Source of the DNA: Podarcis vaucheri
Lineage: Eukaryota
Assembly (NCBI GenBank): GCA_965113315.1
Contig: OZ220363.1
Direction: 5' to 3' (one strand)
DNA: 64,000 bases
The notes below the pieces were generated by a model. It was not told the DNA's origin, made no database searches, and saw only the letters and a list, made by a program, of their open reading frames with translations. The position numbers were made by a program, and so were the translations under genes. This document shows positions 1 through 60,006 of this stretch, piece by piece (the stretch's first letter is position 1; each line of letters opens with the position of its first letter).

Positions 1-866
1 AACGAAGGTTCCCGATCGGACATAGAGAAGCCTATTCATATATACTTATATGCTCATCGGTTCTGTGCAGACTTTAAACTGAGCATGCACAGGTTGTGGA
101 AAGGCGTTGTGCAGTCCTGGCCTCCCCCATATACATCTATTTATTGACTTTCTGAAACCAGCCACACTGGTCCCTTTGTTTTCCCTCTCTTCAGAGTAAA
201 CTATTGTGGGAACTGCACAAGCCTATGTGAATTGTGGGGCTCTGGTGTACATCAAAGTGTGCATCCAACCCCCAGCTGAATTGCATGTGCATAGAAGAAA
301 CTACTAGAGCACCCACAACTCTGAGGAATGCAAGCAAGATATTGGAATGGTTGATTCACAGAACGATATAAAATTATCCCATTTGGGCAGTACAAAGATT
401 ACTAAAATTGACTCAATATTTGTACAGGACTGCATCAGTATTTTGAAACTTCAGTGTTTGCAGTAAGCACACAGTATACATGGAACAGACTTTCAAACAT
501 ACCAATCATTTATATATGAGCATGACAAAGCACTAGCTTGCACTTGCAAATTTCAAGTAAGAAATAAAAAGTACAAAACCTTTTAAGGAAAGAACAAATA
601 TACATAGCTAAAGTCTATCGTAATATTTAAAGTATAACATAGTCAACTTGTAATTCTATAATAATGTTACAAATCGAGGTTTTGGAATAGGAAGGTTCAA
701 AATTCCAAGCAGAGGCCTATACTGAACATTATCCTACAGTTTAGTTAACTTGTCTCAACCGCATTATGAAGGCATCTGAGATTTCCTAAAGATTCGACAG
801 ACAATGGTTGAAATGTTTGCAGTAGTTCATAGGGTCCATCTTGTTTGTACAGACAGTGTGAAACAT
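1..866 (-). other. WT1: WT1 3' UTR (end uncertain); candidate AATAAA at 140-145
   Basis: AT-rich sequence follows the stop codon. TTTATT on the plus strand at 140-145 has no strong downstream GU-rich element, so the UTR may run past the window edge. Confidence 0.5.
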
Positions 867-47729
<46,863 letters not shown>

Positions 47730-50700
47730 TTACCTCAGCGGCGGCTTTGCCCTGAAGTCCCCAAAGCTCAGCTAATTGAGAGGGGGGAGCCGCGCGAGGC
47801 GGCAGCGGCAGCAGAGGAGGAGGAGTCAGTGGCAGCAGCGGCAGCAGCAGCAGCGCGGGCGCTCCCTTCACACTTCGCTCGGCGCCTCAGAAGCACTCGC
47901 AGCCCCGGGGGCAGGAGCGGACAGGGCAGACGCCTCTCGCTGCGGCTCTCCCGCCACTGCGCGGGCGGAGGGGCGGAACACCGAGCCCTCCCGCATCCCG
48001 CGGAGCCCTGAATTCAGCCACCCGACCTAATCACACCCGGGTTTCTTTCCCGGGCAAGCTGGAGGCTGCTGAGGCGAAATGGTCGGAGGCTGGCTTGGCT
48101 CCATAAGCGGCTTAGTTTGCGAAGGGAACTTGGACAAGGCTCAGGGAGAGGAAAGGCGCTTGGAAGCGGAAGATGCCCAATGCAGCGCCCGGGCTTTCCA
48201 AGGAAATGCCCCTCCCTGGATGAAACCCAGGGAGACAGGGCGGACCACGCTGAGGAGCCAGGCTATCCCCACGTGCCCACATAACACCTGTTCTCAATAC
48301 TCGTCCCTCAGTGCTAAAAAAAAACCCGACCTTGTAATATGGCAGTCCTTACCCTTTGGAACTCCCTGCCCCTTGACATCCGTCAGGAACTTTCGGAGAG
48401 CTGCTTATAACATTTAGGCCAGCCTGACCGGACATAGAGAAGTTATGTGTGTTTAGCTTATTGCTGATTTTACTTTTTGAATGTTTTGATACCGGCTTTT
48501 AACTGTGTCTATAAATAAGGTTCTCTTGGGGTGGGTTGTAAACCGCTTGGAGGTTTTATTACAGTCAAGCGATGCACAAAAACTGTTAATTAATGCACAA
48601 AAACTGTTAATTAAATAAGACGGACCAGGAGTTTTAAAGCACGCCCCGCCTGCAATAATCCTAAACAGGAGGTCCTGGGAATTGCAGCTCTGTGTGAATT
48701 GGAGCTCTACAGTTCCCAGGTTTCTTTGGAGGTCCTTTAAATGCATGCTGTGTAGCAGCCTATGTCTTCGGAGTATGTCCGTCCATCATCTAGAAACACA
48801 CAAGGATTTAAGAAGTTCTTAAATTAAAGACATCCGATTGGGGTCGCAGATTCCCCTAATGCGCCCAGTGTCACGTGGCACAAATATACTCCATCCTCTT
48901 CTTCATCATCTCATATCCATTAGGTTGGCCGGCTGCCATCCGAGAGTGCTTCTTCCTGAATTTCACTGGAGGTCGAATCCTGCTTTAGGGCTCCCCTGCC
49001 ATGTGCTTTTATGGAAGCCGGTCTAGCTAACGATGGCCTTAAGGCGCTGGTGAAGCTCATCTTGCAGCTCTACCTCTGAGCTGCGAAACACGAAGCCTCC
49101 GATTCGAATCTCACCTCAGCCAGGAGGTCTCCCTCCCTCAGCATACGTGGGTGTCCATCACCTTCCGAGCCAGTTAGACGAATTACAACCCGTTTCTAAG
49201 AACGATCAAGGGCACGGAACACTATACAGTATACGGTAAATGCTAGTAGATGCACAGATGTCAAGCAGGTGACATCCGCTGAAAAAAGGGAAAGGGGGAC
49301 TCTGGCGATGTTCTAACAGGAAAAGTAGAAGGAAAGGGAGAGCGACTTTTAAAGTAAAACACCGCTTCCTTCGCACTTCGTGAGCCCGGTGGTTGTGTTA
49401 ATATGCATCCAGACAGAAAAACAATGAGGGCGGATTCTCGCTTCAACAGGGTTTAAAGCAGTTGTTGGCATCGGTGGTCTGTCCCGGGAGACAATGGAGT
49501 GCGCCTCCGGGGATGAAGTCAAGCCGCTGGAGAATCACAGCGCCTGCTGTGGCTGCAGAGACCAATAACTCATAATTGCTGCCTCCCGTGTTGCTTTTGT
49601 CTCCGTAGGAGCACTGAAGTGACCTTCCTGGGGTGCAAGCCTGGGCAGTGTGCATGGAGGTCATGGGCTGCCCAGAATACAAGACTTCTTGGCCTCGCTG
49701 ATGTGGCCCAAAGGAAAGCAGAGCAAAGTTTGGCACCAGTTTGGCTGCAAGGGTTGCCGGAAGAAGACGCCATCCAGCCGTCCCAGGGACTCATGATCCT
49801 GGATGCTGCAGACCTAAGGCCCAAATCATAGTGAAATTGCTCCACCAAACAGCGGAGCTGAACAAAAGGGAATGGGGGCACCATTTCTGCCATTATTTCT
49901 TCCCAGACCTTATTATTGAATTGCCCTACAGAATACCTTCCCTACTAAATCCGGCTCTTCTTCCGCCTCTAAGGGTATGCACGAATAAGGCTGCCGCCCC
50001 AAGCACGCCTTACTCGGAAGCAAGTCCTTTGAAACCAGTGGGACTGACTTCTGAGTACAAATAATGAGGCTGCTTAAGAGAGCCGCATTTGAGGAAGGTT
50101 TCTTCTTCTAATCTCCTGAACTGAAGAAGAGCTTGAAATTCATAGCATCAGCTGAGGCGGATCTGCTCTCTGTTGCTGGATCCCTGCGGTTACTTGAAGA
50201 AAAGTCATTTTTCACAAGTCCCCCCCCCCAGTTCATTTTGCCCCTTCTGATTTTATTTTTATATCTGGTGTCGTCACTGGTCGTCTGTATTGACCTATCA
50301 AGGATCTCCCCGCTCTCTTGCTTTCAGGATCAACTCGACACACTTTTGCCACTTGAGCCGAAGGGGTGGTGACCCTCCCGCTTTCCACATAAGTCATATG
50401 TGCCTGAACCAGCAGGTGGATCTCACCGCCACACTAACAATACGACGACGCAGCAGGTTCGCTTATGGGGAAGCAGGGCAGGCTTCCTCTACCCTCTCAT
50501 TGATGCTCCAGGCATTCTAGCACCTGCTGCCTGAAGCACTGCCTCCCTCTGCCTAATGATAGGGACCCGGTTCGCTACGGAGACCCTCATTTGAATCCAG
50601 GCCTTCTCAGACCATGCCTTCCTCAGTCCACTACACCGTGCAGCAGGCTCTTTTCTGAAATACAGGACTCATACCCTCGATCGAATTCGAATGAGGAAAA

Positions 50701-51186
50701 GGAGGATGTTATGGACATAGTATATATTATTTACGGAGAGTAGTTGTGTTACTCCGGCAGCAGAAACCAAAGAAGAGTCTTAGGGGCACCACAAAGACTT
50801 GACCCTTTTTTCATTGTGGCATAAGCTGTTGTTGATTAGAGTCAGCTACGTTAGATCATGTATCAACTGTATGCTATTGCTTCTACGACACTTTTCAGTG
50901 TACAGAGTGCTTGACATGCACCTAATTCCTCAATGCAGCGAAAAGGATTTTCGTGAAGATTTTAAGGTCGATCCAAAACCAACCCTCCAGATAGAGTGGA
51001 CTTCTAAAGGCATCCCTTTAGTGGACTCTTCCCGACTAAATAAACAGCCCCTTTGGTTCTCCTTCACTGCCCCTTCACTGCAAGGGATTGGAGGAAGGCT
51101 GTAAGATGGCAGACACTTCGTCCTAATAACATTTTGTCCCCCATTAGGGGGTCTGATCCGAAGCGACTCTGAAGAGGAGCTGCAAT

Positions 51187-51339
51187 CAGTGGCGTAGCGT
51201 GGGGGGTGCAGGGGGAGCCGGCCGCACCGGGCGCAACATCTGGGGGTTAGGGTTAGGGTTAGGGGGCGCAAATCCACGGGTTAGGGGGCGCAAATTACTT
51301 GCCTTGCCCCGGGTGCTGACAACCCACGCTACGACACTG
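51187..51339 (-). mobile_element. hAT-type MITE, copy 3 (inverted), containing (TTAGGG)3
   Basis: Same family; perfect 8-bp TSD GCTGCAAT. Confidence 0.9.
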
Positions 51340-52428
51340 GCTGCAATAAAAGAAACTGTGATTAGAGGGTGTTAGAGGGCGCTTGGCCCAGTAGCGGTCG
51401 CTCAGCCTTCTTCACAGGGTTTGTTGTAAGAGAAACGGCGAGTGATTTACTAAAAGCAAATATAATAAACAATACAGTTTAGTGGAAAGTGGAGTTCTGT
51501 GTATCATCTACTTTATCTATTTAAATGCCCGCCAACCAGCAAACAGCTTAAGAGAAGGACCGTATTTGATTTCAAAAAAAATGAAAGTACTGTGTTCACG
51601 GAGTATGATAAAACTCATCTCCAAATCTCCACGTAGTTAATATTCAGATTTTATTTAGCACCCAAGCCCAAACTTGTGCATTTGTCTACACTCCAACTAA
51701 CCTATATAACCTATAGAAGTGTGGTGACTTTCTCTCCAAGCAACTAATTCCCGCAGAGACGGGGGGGGCAGGGGCAATCAACACCCCCCCAGAAAATCTC
51801 ACCTCCTACTTGCCTTCCCATTTCTGAACTCCTGTCATTCATATAGGCTGCTATTTTCCTTTGTCGCCCACTTAGAAATACACTTTGCCCACCCTGATAT
51901 TTCCCCGCCTGGTCCCGCCACTGAACTCCCGATCCTTTAAGGGGGGGGGCGGTGGCGTTACTTAGCAGCCACTTACTTGTTTTAGTGGAACTTTATTACG
52001 AGTGAAAATAGGGGCAGACGCTGACGCCAATAACATCGACTCAGAAGTAAACCGCACTGAGACCAGTTGCGCTTTCGCCGGGAGAATCTCAGCCTCAAGA
52101 TGGCAGCCTGAGCCGTTTTTGACATCTGGCTCTGATGACAGCTCCTAACAGATGAAATTTAATGCAATAAACTTACCGGTGTATATTACAGGAGAGGAAG
52201 CAAAACGCTGCAAATCACTCTTCTGGTGTCACGTGCAGTTTTTCAGCAGGTATTAAACAACCTAGTTAACATAACCCTCTCTAGGGGACAGGGTTACTTG
52301 GTACATGAAAAGGGCAACATCTAGAATTTCAGACTCAGCTTATGAGACTTTCTTAACATTCAAAACTAGTGCAGCAATCTATACCTTTTTAAAGGATCTT
52401 GTAAAATTTGGATGTGCATAGTTACTTG

Positions 52429-52431
<3 letters not shown>

Positions 52432-52462
<31 letters not shown>
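52432..52462. repeat. (AC)n microsatellite
   Basis: Direct reading. Confidence 0.9.
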
Positions 52463-52464
<2 letters not shown>

Positions 52465-54099
52465 ATGCCCAAGTTTGTTTTGTTTGCTGATTTCTTTATT
52501 CATTGGACTATATAGTGCCCGGAAAGTACAGTATTGCCAAATATCTTCATTTTAAAAATAGCACCCATATATTTCTCAGTTAAAAGCAAGTGCCGAACAA
52601 ATTATTTTGTTTCCTGATCGTGTCTCTGTGTGCCTGTGTTTAACTTCAGTATGGGATATGGTTTGTAAAGGAGCTTTACTTCTCCTTTACAGAGAGAGTG
52701 TGTGTGTTTTGGACACATAATTCCAGAATTCAACTTTGAATGACTTTGGTAACTTTATACCTTTTCCGTCAGAGTGAACTCAGTTGCAGAGTGACAAATC
52801 ACCTTTGCCTTCGGAGAGTGGTAAATGGTACGGAGTTCAAAAACGCCCAATCCTCCTTCTGCTCCTGCACAAGCGGTAACAGGTAGGTGCCTATTTAACC
52901 GCTAGCCATCGCTTTCTGGGTTTCCCCTTGTTTCTGCCATTTCATTCCGATCTGCCGTAATATAGCACGTAAAACTGCAGTGGTTTAAATTGCAATGCTT
53001 GAGAAGTCCGAACCGTTCTGATAATTGGAAAGTTCCTTTTAAACACGGACACCGTCTTCTTTTCCTTGCCAAACCGCTCCGTCTCAAAGAAATCCAGGTA
53101 GCATTTTTCTCAGCACGGAATGAAAGATACTGAGTCAGAGCTTATCTTTTTTGAGTACAGGCGGAGAGGCATCGCCGTTTTTAAACCACTTAATGGTTGT
53201 TGTTGTTTTTTTAAATCTCCCCACCCTAAACTATTGCGAAATCTTTAGCAATTCCCATTTGTTCTTCCCTCTAAACTGGCAAAGGCTCTTTTTAAGTACC
53301 GTAGAACGAACCGAGATAATATAATCTGTCAACGACCCGTATCCCAGGTTCGCCATCGGCACTAATGAACGACCCCTGCGGCCCTAGATGGACCAGAGCT
53401 CTTTGCGAGGGCCATTGTTGTCTTAACCCTGTGTTAGCTTTTTTTTCTTTTTTTGTCCGGATTATAAATTGGTCGACCTTTTCTAGGTTAGCTTTTGTCT
53501 ATTTACATAGTACAGTTCAGAGTTGTTATTGGCTTTGAAAGATGAATAACCCGCCCTCAGACCTCTGGAAGGAGTGGGGAAGAATGAACCACACAGCCAC
53601 TGGTGTTTAATCTGATTTCCGTCTAACTGAACGAAAAATACATTCAGATCAGTGTGGTTTGGCTGGAGCTCAACGTGGTTCACGCTGACCGATAAATCCC
53701 CGCCAAAACATGAAGTGGCAGGGTCAAATTTTCGCCCCCTCCCGGCTAAGTTCTCCTAAAATTTTCCACTACCCCTTTGAAATGGATGGAACTGGCTTCC
53801 AATGGCACTTGTTGCTTAAGTCGAGGAGAGGCTCAGAATTTCAGGAATTGAGACCATAACAGGGCTGGATGAAAGCCCATTGGCTGGTCAGGTTCCCCAG
53901 TGGATCCCGTGTAAGATAGTCCCATCTCCTGTTTTGCTTCTAGCTCCTCATTCGCAGCATTTAAAAATAACCCCAATAACAGATACACCGGGTTGATTGG
54001 ATTTCTCCTTTGAGCTTGAAGGCCAAGAGAAAGATATGACAAGTGCTCGGTTCTCTAAACAACAATAGCAACAATAAATGGCCAGTGACGCGCCCCCTC

Positions 54100-56960
54100 T
54101 CATTTTATGGAAACCGGCAAATTCCAAAATATTTGGGAGGGACAGCCGTAGAAACAGAGTCTACCGACGCCTCCGGTGGGGGAAAAAGATTTCTAGATGT
54201 TGGGAATCTTTACTTCGCTATTGCTCTGGCATTCAGTCACACGAGTCGCTTAACCAGTGGTTTAACCCCACCACTTTGGGGGAGAGCGGACAGACACGCA
54301 GGCTGTCGCAGGAGCAGCATTCCAAACCCACGTCCGTGGAAAGCGCCCAAGGAAAGTGGGAACGAAAGTGTTGTTCCGGCACTCTCACTTTCCCGCTTGC
54401 ACACACAGCCTCCTCCCCCACTCAGCTTCGGAAGCGATTTGATCTCGTTTAGGATGGGCGGAGGATGTATGATGCAGGATTCAGACTGCAATCTTCCTTC
54501 GTCGTGTCTATTCGGGAGCAAAGCCCACTGAAACCAAGCGGGGCTTACTCCCTGGTAAAGGAGATTCGAAGGAATGCTGCCTGAATCGTCAAAATAAATG
54601 CGCTCAGGGACCGCAGCCTTCAAAGAAGTGGAGCGGGGGTGGGGTGGGAGAGAGAGATCGAGATCCAAGCGCATTTCTGCCCTTTTTCTTCGCTGGTGAG
54701 TCTCAGCAGAGAAGCAGAGGGGAAATATCTTTCTTCTCACTCACTCAAGGGTTTGATTATTTAAAGTGCCAACCCCGGGAAAAACAAAGCTGTGAACCAT
54801 CTCCAGGCAGGAGCCGCGGAGGGTGAAGGGAGCAGTGAGAGCTGCGAGGAGACAGAGAATCAATCACCGACCGCCAGTCTCCCATTCCCAGGAGCGAATC
54901 TGTCACCCAGCGCGCCAGGACGCAGGAGCTGCAGCTCAGAAAGCGCCGTCCCGGGCGGCAGCGCTGTGCAGAGCAGCCTTCTTGTTCTCCCAAACTGGGC
55001 GCATGGATAGACCACCTTTCCTGCAAGCAGCTCAAGGCGGTATACACTGTTTCCCCCCCTCTCCCCTTTTTTATCTTCACAACAGCCTTGCGGAGTAGGT
55101 TAGGCTGAGAGAGCAGTCACTGGGGCAGGCAGAGGTTTCTGGGAGAGCAGCACAGAGTTCTTCTGAACTGGGGCCGGGTGCGTGTGTGCCTGAACCATTT
55201 TGCATTGTGAATCGGCTGAAGCTCCGCTGTTCCCAATACCCGGAGCTCAAACGTGTCCCTTTCCCAGTCAAGGGTTCGAGAAGGAAGCTTCAATAGCCGA
55301 ATGGAGAAGAGAGGGGCTGTTCTGGCTTCTGGCCCCTTCCACGCCAGTCCTTCTCCCCACCCCGGAAAAAAAATCCGAAAGAGACCTGCTGGGATCGTCC
55401 ATTGGACCTTCGGGCCAAGAAAGTGTGCAAAGTGTGCAGGCTTTCCGGTTTCACAGAAGCCTTCGTCGCGCGCGGCAGCCTAGGGGGCGGCAACCCTACA
55501 AACACAAGAAGCTGGGAAAGTTAACGAAATTTGTGTAACTGGAGATGATTGCGACTATTTTGAGTTCTTCAGCTGCAGGGGGGGGCACGAGAGACGCGAC
55601 AATAAGTCTTGGTCGCCTGCAACGGGTGTGAAGATGTACGCAAACCTCTTCCCAGGAAGTCCAGGCGTTAGATCTTTCTCTCTCTCTCTTCCTCCATCTC
55701 TCCCTTGCTAGGTCACACCTCCCGCACAAACAAGCGCCTTAAGCGAACCCCCCCCCCCAATTGCTGTGAACGTCGGCGGAGCCCCGGCCATGAAATCCAT
55801 CCCGCCTCCGCTAGAGCTATAGGATGCGTTCTCCACCCCCACCCCCTTTTCCCATACCAAACCGGCCTAAATCTGTCATCTTCAGCTCTTTCCAGGTGGG
55901 GAATTCCTGGCACCTCTGAAAAAAACACATGTTTAAAAGGAGATGTTTCCACCCAGCTTGTGAAAAGTGTGGAGGGGCGCGCGGGGAGGAACCCTTTGCT
56001 TAAAGCAGGGCTGGCGCAGAAGAAGTTGCTTTGGTGGAACAAGCATTCCAGAAAAATGCACATGCACACAAACACACACCGAAACGCCCATCGCGCTCTA
56101 CTGGAGAAGGGAAACGGGCACATTTGTCTCTGGTTTGCACTCTGATTTCCGGGCTCATCGGAGCTTTTTTGGGGGTGGGGGTGGAGATCCATCGTAAGCA
56201 ACATAAACCAGCGCTATGGGAGCGATGCGCAGCCATTGAAAAGTTCAGCTCAAGAAGTGGGGTGGGGTGGGGGTGACAAGGAGCGATTTCGCCGGCACAG
56301 GAAACCAAACTGCGTAAAAAACCATAATAATACGAGTCACCGCTCGCGCTGATCGGCGTGTAGACATATATTATTCGGAGATCAAAAGAGGCGCGCTGCA
56401 AAAGGGAGAGGGATTCCCTCTGCCCTCAGACTCCTTCCTTTCAACTTCGGCGTGTTGTCCTCCCCATCTTTGAAGGGGGGCTGTGAGCAGAGAGGGAGGG
56501 CGAGAGAGAAACGAGCCGGGTCTCTGTTAGCTCATCCTCGCCAGGGAATTCTCGGCGCTTCGAGCCCGTCTCTTCCCGCTTCCTCTGTAACCTCACCAGC
56601 AACGCGCAACTGTAAAAACAGACAAGAGACGAGCTATCTGTCAAGATTCATGGACTCCTTCGAGCGAAGGAACTTAGGCAAGTAATAAATAGCGCCGCTG
56701 ACCTCCCTTTGGCCTCAGCCAGTGCCGAAGTATGCATTATGAGATCCCAGGGCAGGCCTGCCATTGGGCTGCAGCGCCTTGGCAATCCCAAGATGTGGAC
56801 CAATGAAAAATGAAAGGGAGCCGGGAGAGACTTTAATTAATGCGCGTCTTGCTCCGGGAGTTCAGCGCGGCGGGGGCAGCGAGGGCGAAAGGGGGCAAGC
56901 TCGCATTCACAGCCAGATCCGCTCGGTGGGAAGGCGCTCTCTAACCCTGAAGGACTGAAG
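54100..56960. promoter_or_regulatory. Upstream CpG-rich regulatory block, 7-10 kb 5' of WT1
   Basis: CpG-rich non-coding sequence containing TGATTGAT (54859-54866, minus strand) and a DR5-like motif (56699-56715). Confidence 0.5.
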
Positions 56961-58486
56961 AGAAAGGGGCCTTCGGATGCAGCCCTAAACCCACACACAT
57001 CTTTGAAAGAAAGACCCATGGAAATCAATGGATCTCACTCCATTGTCTGGAGTGAAGCCAACAGGAGCAGTTAAGGAAGTAATCCTGTACCCACTTACAT
57101 GGAAGTTAAGACTCCACCGAGCAAATTTGAGTTTGCTTTTTGTGTAGACATGAATAGAACTATGCTGTGTACGGCGGCAATTCTAGCTTAGTACGGTATA
57201 CAGGTACTTATTTGGGAGTAAGTGCCATTTAATATAGATGATTAGGATAGGGCAGTAAGATAAATATCATTATTTCAGGAGCAAATGTCTGAAACTAATG
57301 TAGAACATAGGGGAGAGTGGAACGGGCCGAATTCATTGAAAGAGAAATGCACAGCATCATATTCCAGCTGATTTTAAGCGGACAGTTGCATGAATCGATT
57401 CAAAACAATGGCTCTTCTTACAAAGGAAATGTATTTAAAGAATGAGGGAACCCGTCCAACTAAGACAAATGAGAATAAATGTTTGTAAAATATGTATTAA
57501 TGTTCTTAACCGCCAAAGGGCACGATTCATGGAAAGCCGGGCTATACATTACACACACACACACACACACTTCCACTTAACCAGATTGTGAATCAGAAAC
57601 TAACATAGATAAGCTAAGCGTTTGTTGACAATATATATTTTAAATCAGAAACTTTTCTGAAATTTTAAGAGCAGTCTTAAGTTTCCCGTCCTCAGACTTC
57701 TTAGTCTCGAGTAAATGCGCTCTAGCGGTTCCTTCGGAGAGAAAAAATTACCCGATTATGAGAATGAGCGCGTGCCTAAGGAAGAAGGCAAATAGTCGGA
57801 CCCACTGGATCTCCACCTCCAGCCCCCCCCCCGCCCCAGTCCCCATCTCGGCTGGGAAGTTCACCCCGGCCTAGTCTATCTTAAACCTCTTGCAAACACA
57901 ATGAGGGCGTAATGCCCTTTGTTTTGGGGATGCTTATGGGAATCTGCCCAATATGAAAAGAAAAGAAAACGTATTTTCCTTCCTGCATTTGACAGATCCC
58001 AGCCAACAGTGAAGAAGACTTTTGCTCTGTTGCTGTGTGGTCACGGGATATGACCGCTATTGCTTTTGGGTGTCCAACTCATAGCCTGTGTTGTAAATTT
58101 ATTGTGCTGGATTATTAATTTTAAAAATAAGAAAGACTTTGCTTGGGACTAAGCCCTGTTGAGCGCAGTGGGGCTGCACGTGCAGACGCTTGGTCTGAGT
58201 TCCTTTGCTGGATCAGACCAAAGGCCCTCCCATTTCCATCCGGGGTCATGACGCCGTTCTTGCTAAGAAATGGGGCCAGGCAATGGAGGGGTAGCCGTTT
58301 TCTGTGGCTAGATCCCAGGCGTACCATAGCTCAAACTACCGGGGGCCCTTTGGGGCCTGGTGGATAGATGAGACAGTCCTATTCCCACTTGGCTGAGAGC
58401 AAACCCCACGCAATGCCACTTACTTCTGAGTAAGCATACGGAGGCTTCCGCTGGAGAACTTTTTCAAGCTATCTTAAACTAGCACC

Positions 58487-58500
58487 GCGCCCCCTGGCAG
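58487..58500 (-). promoter_or_regulatory. Candidate CTCF core motif
   Basis: CTGCCAGGGGGCGC, one mismatch from the CCRSYAGRKGGCRS core. Confidence 0.4.
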
Positions 58501-59839
58501 TTATAAATGCCTTAAGATGATTGTTCTCTTTTGCGGGGGTGGGGGTGAAAAAAGTAGGGGGCTGATTAGGCTGTTGGGAGTGTGTGGTCCTCCTTCTAGA
58601 AGACAGACCGTGGATCCTTTACTTTTAAAACCCCCACACAGAGAGCAAATTCCATAAAACCAGTGGGACTTACTTAGTTCCAAGACCCAAGATTATTATG
58701 CACGTTTACTCGGAAGTCAGCCCAGTGACTTAAATGGGGCCCCTTCCCAAATAGGCTTGCATAGGTTGCGCTGTGCTATGTATCCTGCCCTCTTCTTCCT
58801 CGCCCAACTTATAAATATATGGCACTCTCGTTCTAGGTTCCTTCCTAGCTTCATGCGCTGCTAATGGTTTCACTCCCATACCAGCAACTCATCCGGAGTC
58901 CTGGCTCCCTCTTCACCCTCTCGGGTGCCAACTTTGCGCAGCAGCAGCAACAGCAGCAGCATCTCAGCCAAATCACTCTCCTCCTCCTTGTTCGGTGGTA
59001 GGAGGCAAAAAAAAAAAAATCCCCAGCTTTTGTGGAGTTTGCTCTATTATTTTACCGTAAATCTTGGGCAATCCTGGAACTAATTATCGAGAGGATATGT
59101 CTCAATTTGTTCTGCATTAATGCCACGTTGGGAATGGAGTCGGGGCCACAGCCAGAGCAGACACTCGAGCACATGAAATTGATGAACTGAGACTTGCTCC
59201 GAGTCTTGAACACACCATCTGGAATTCCAGTCTGAGGTTACAATTAGAAGTTCTGACCCCAGATTCAACTTTGGGGAAGAACAAGAGGAGGGGAGAGAAA
59301 GAAAGAAAGACAAGGGGAGAGGGGTCTCGAGAGAGATAAACAGGGGAGGGGGGGACCAAGTTGCTTTTTCTGCACCTGTAGGAAACACAGTGCTTCTAAT
59401 CTCTTTTCCCAGAACATTATTCCTCTCCAAACTATTTCGAAATGATCCTATGAACAACTTGTCTGCCGGGCGGAGGGTATTTATACTGTCATAACTTTCC
59501 CAACCAGAAGAAAGATTTTGGCTGCAAATTCTGAGCCCTTGACGTCAATAGATTGCCTCAGGGTGTTCTGGATTAGGAACCTTGCACTGATCCTATAACG
59601 GCAGGATATGGGTATGGTTGTGGAGTGGGGGCAGTCTTCATTAGGTCAGGTGACTGGGATCCACAAACCTCTTAAGCTGGTATTGCTGCATCTGGGGCTA
59701 TACCAGTTTTATAAACCAATTAGTCCTGTACCTGGGTTTATGACTCACTACTGGGGTTTCATTGAACTGGGGTGGATTCCTCTCACTCTCCTATCTGGAA
59801 GCAAGCTCTGTACCAAATGAAAGCCCTGATCTGAACCTG

Positions 59840-60006
59840 TTTCTCTGGGGGGACGCAGGGGGACACATACCTCTAAACATTTTGTGAATCTTTGTACTTT
59901 TGTCCATGTACTGTATTTATTTTCCCCGATTTGAACTATAAAATGGTGATTTTCTTGAGTCAAAATGAGAGTACCCCTAAACATTTTTTAAAGAAAAAAA
60001 GCACTA
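59840..60006. mobile_element. Second copy of the 9722..9874 MITE family, left end decayed
   Basis: Shares CATACC.CTAAACATTTTGTGAATCTTTGTA...TGAACTATAAAATGGTG...CAAAATGAGAGTAC with the first copy. Confidence 0.7.

Noticed and set aside
54043-56401. Many 100-167 aa ORFs upstream of WT1
   Set aside because: They overlap on both strands with mostly non-ATG starts and no homology recognised; typical of CpG-rich non-coding DNA.
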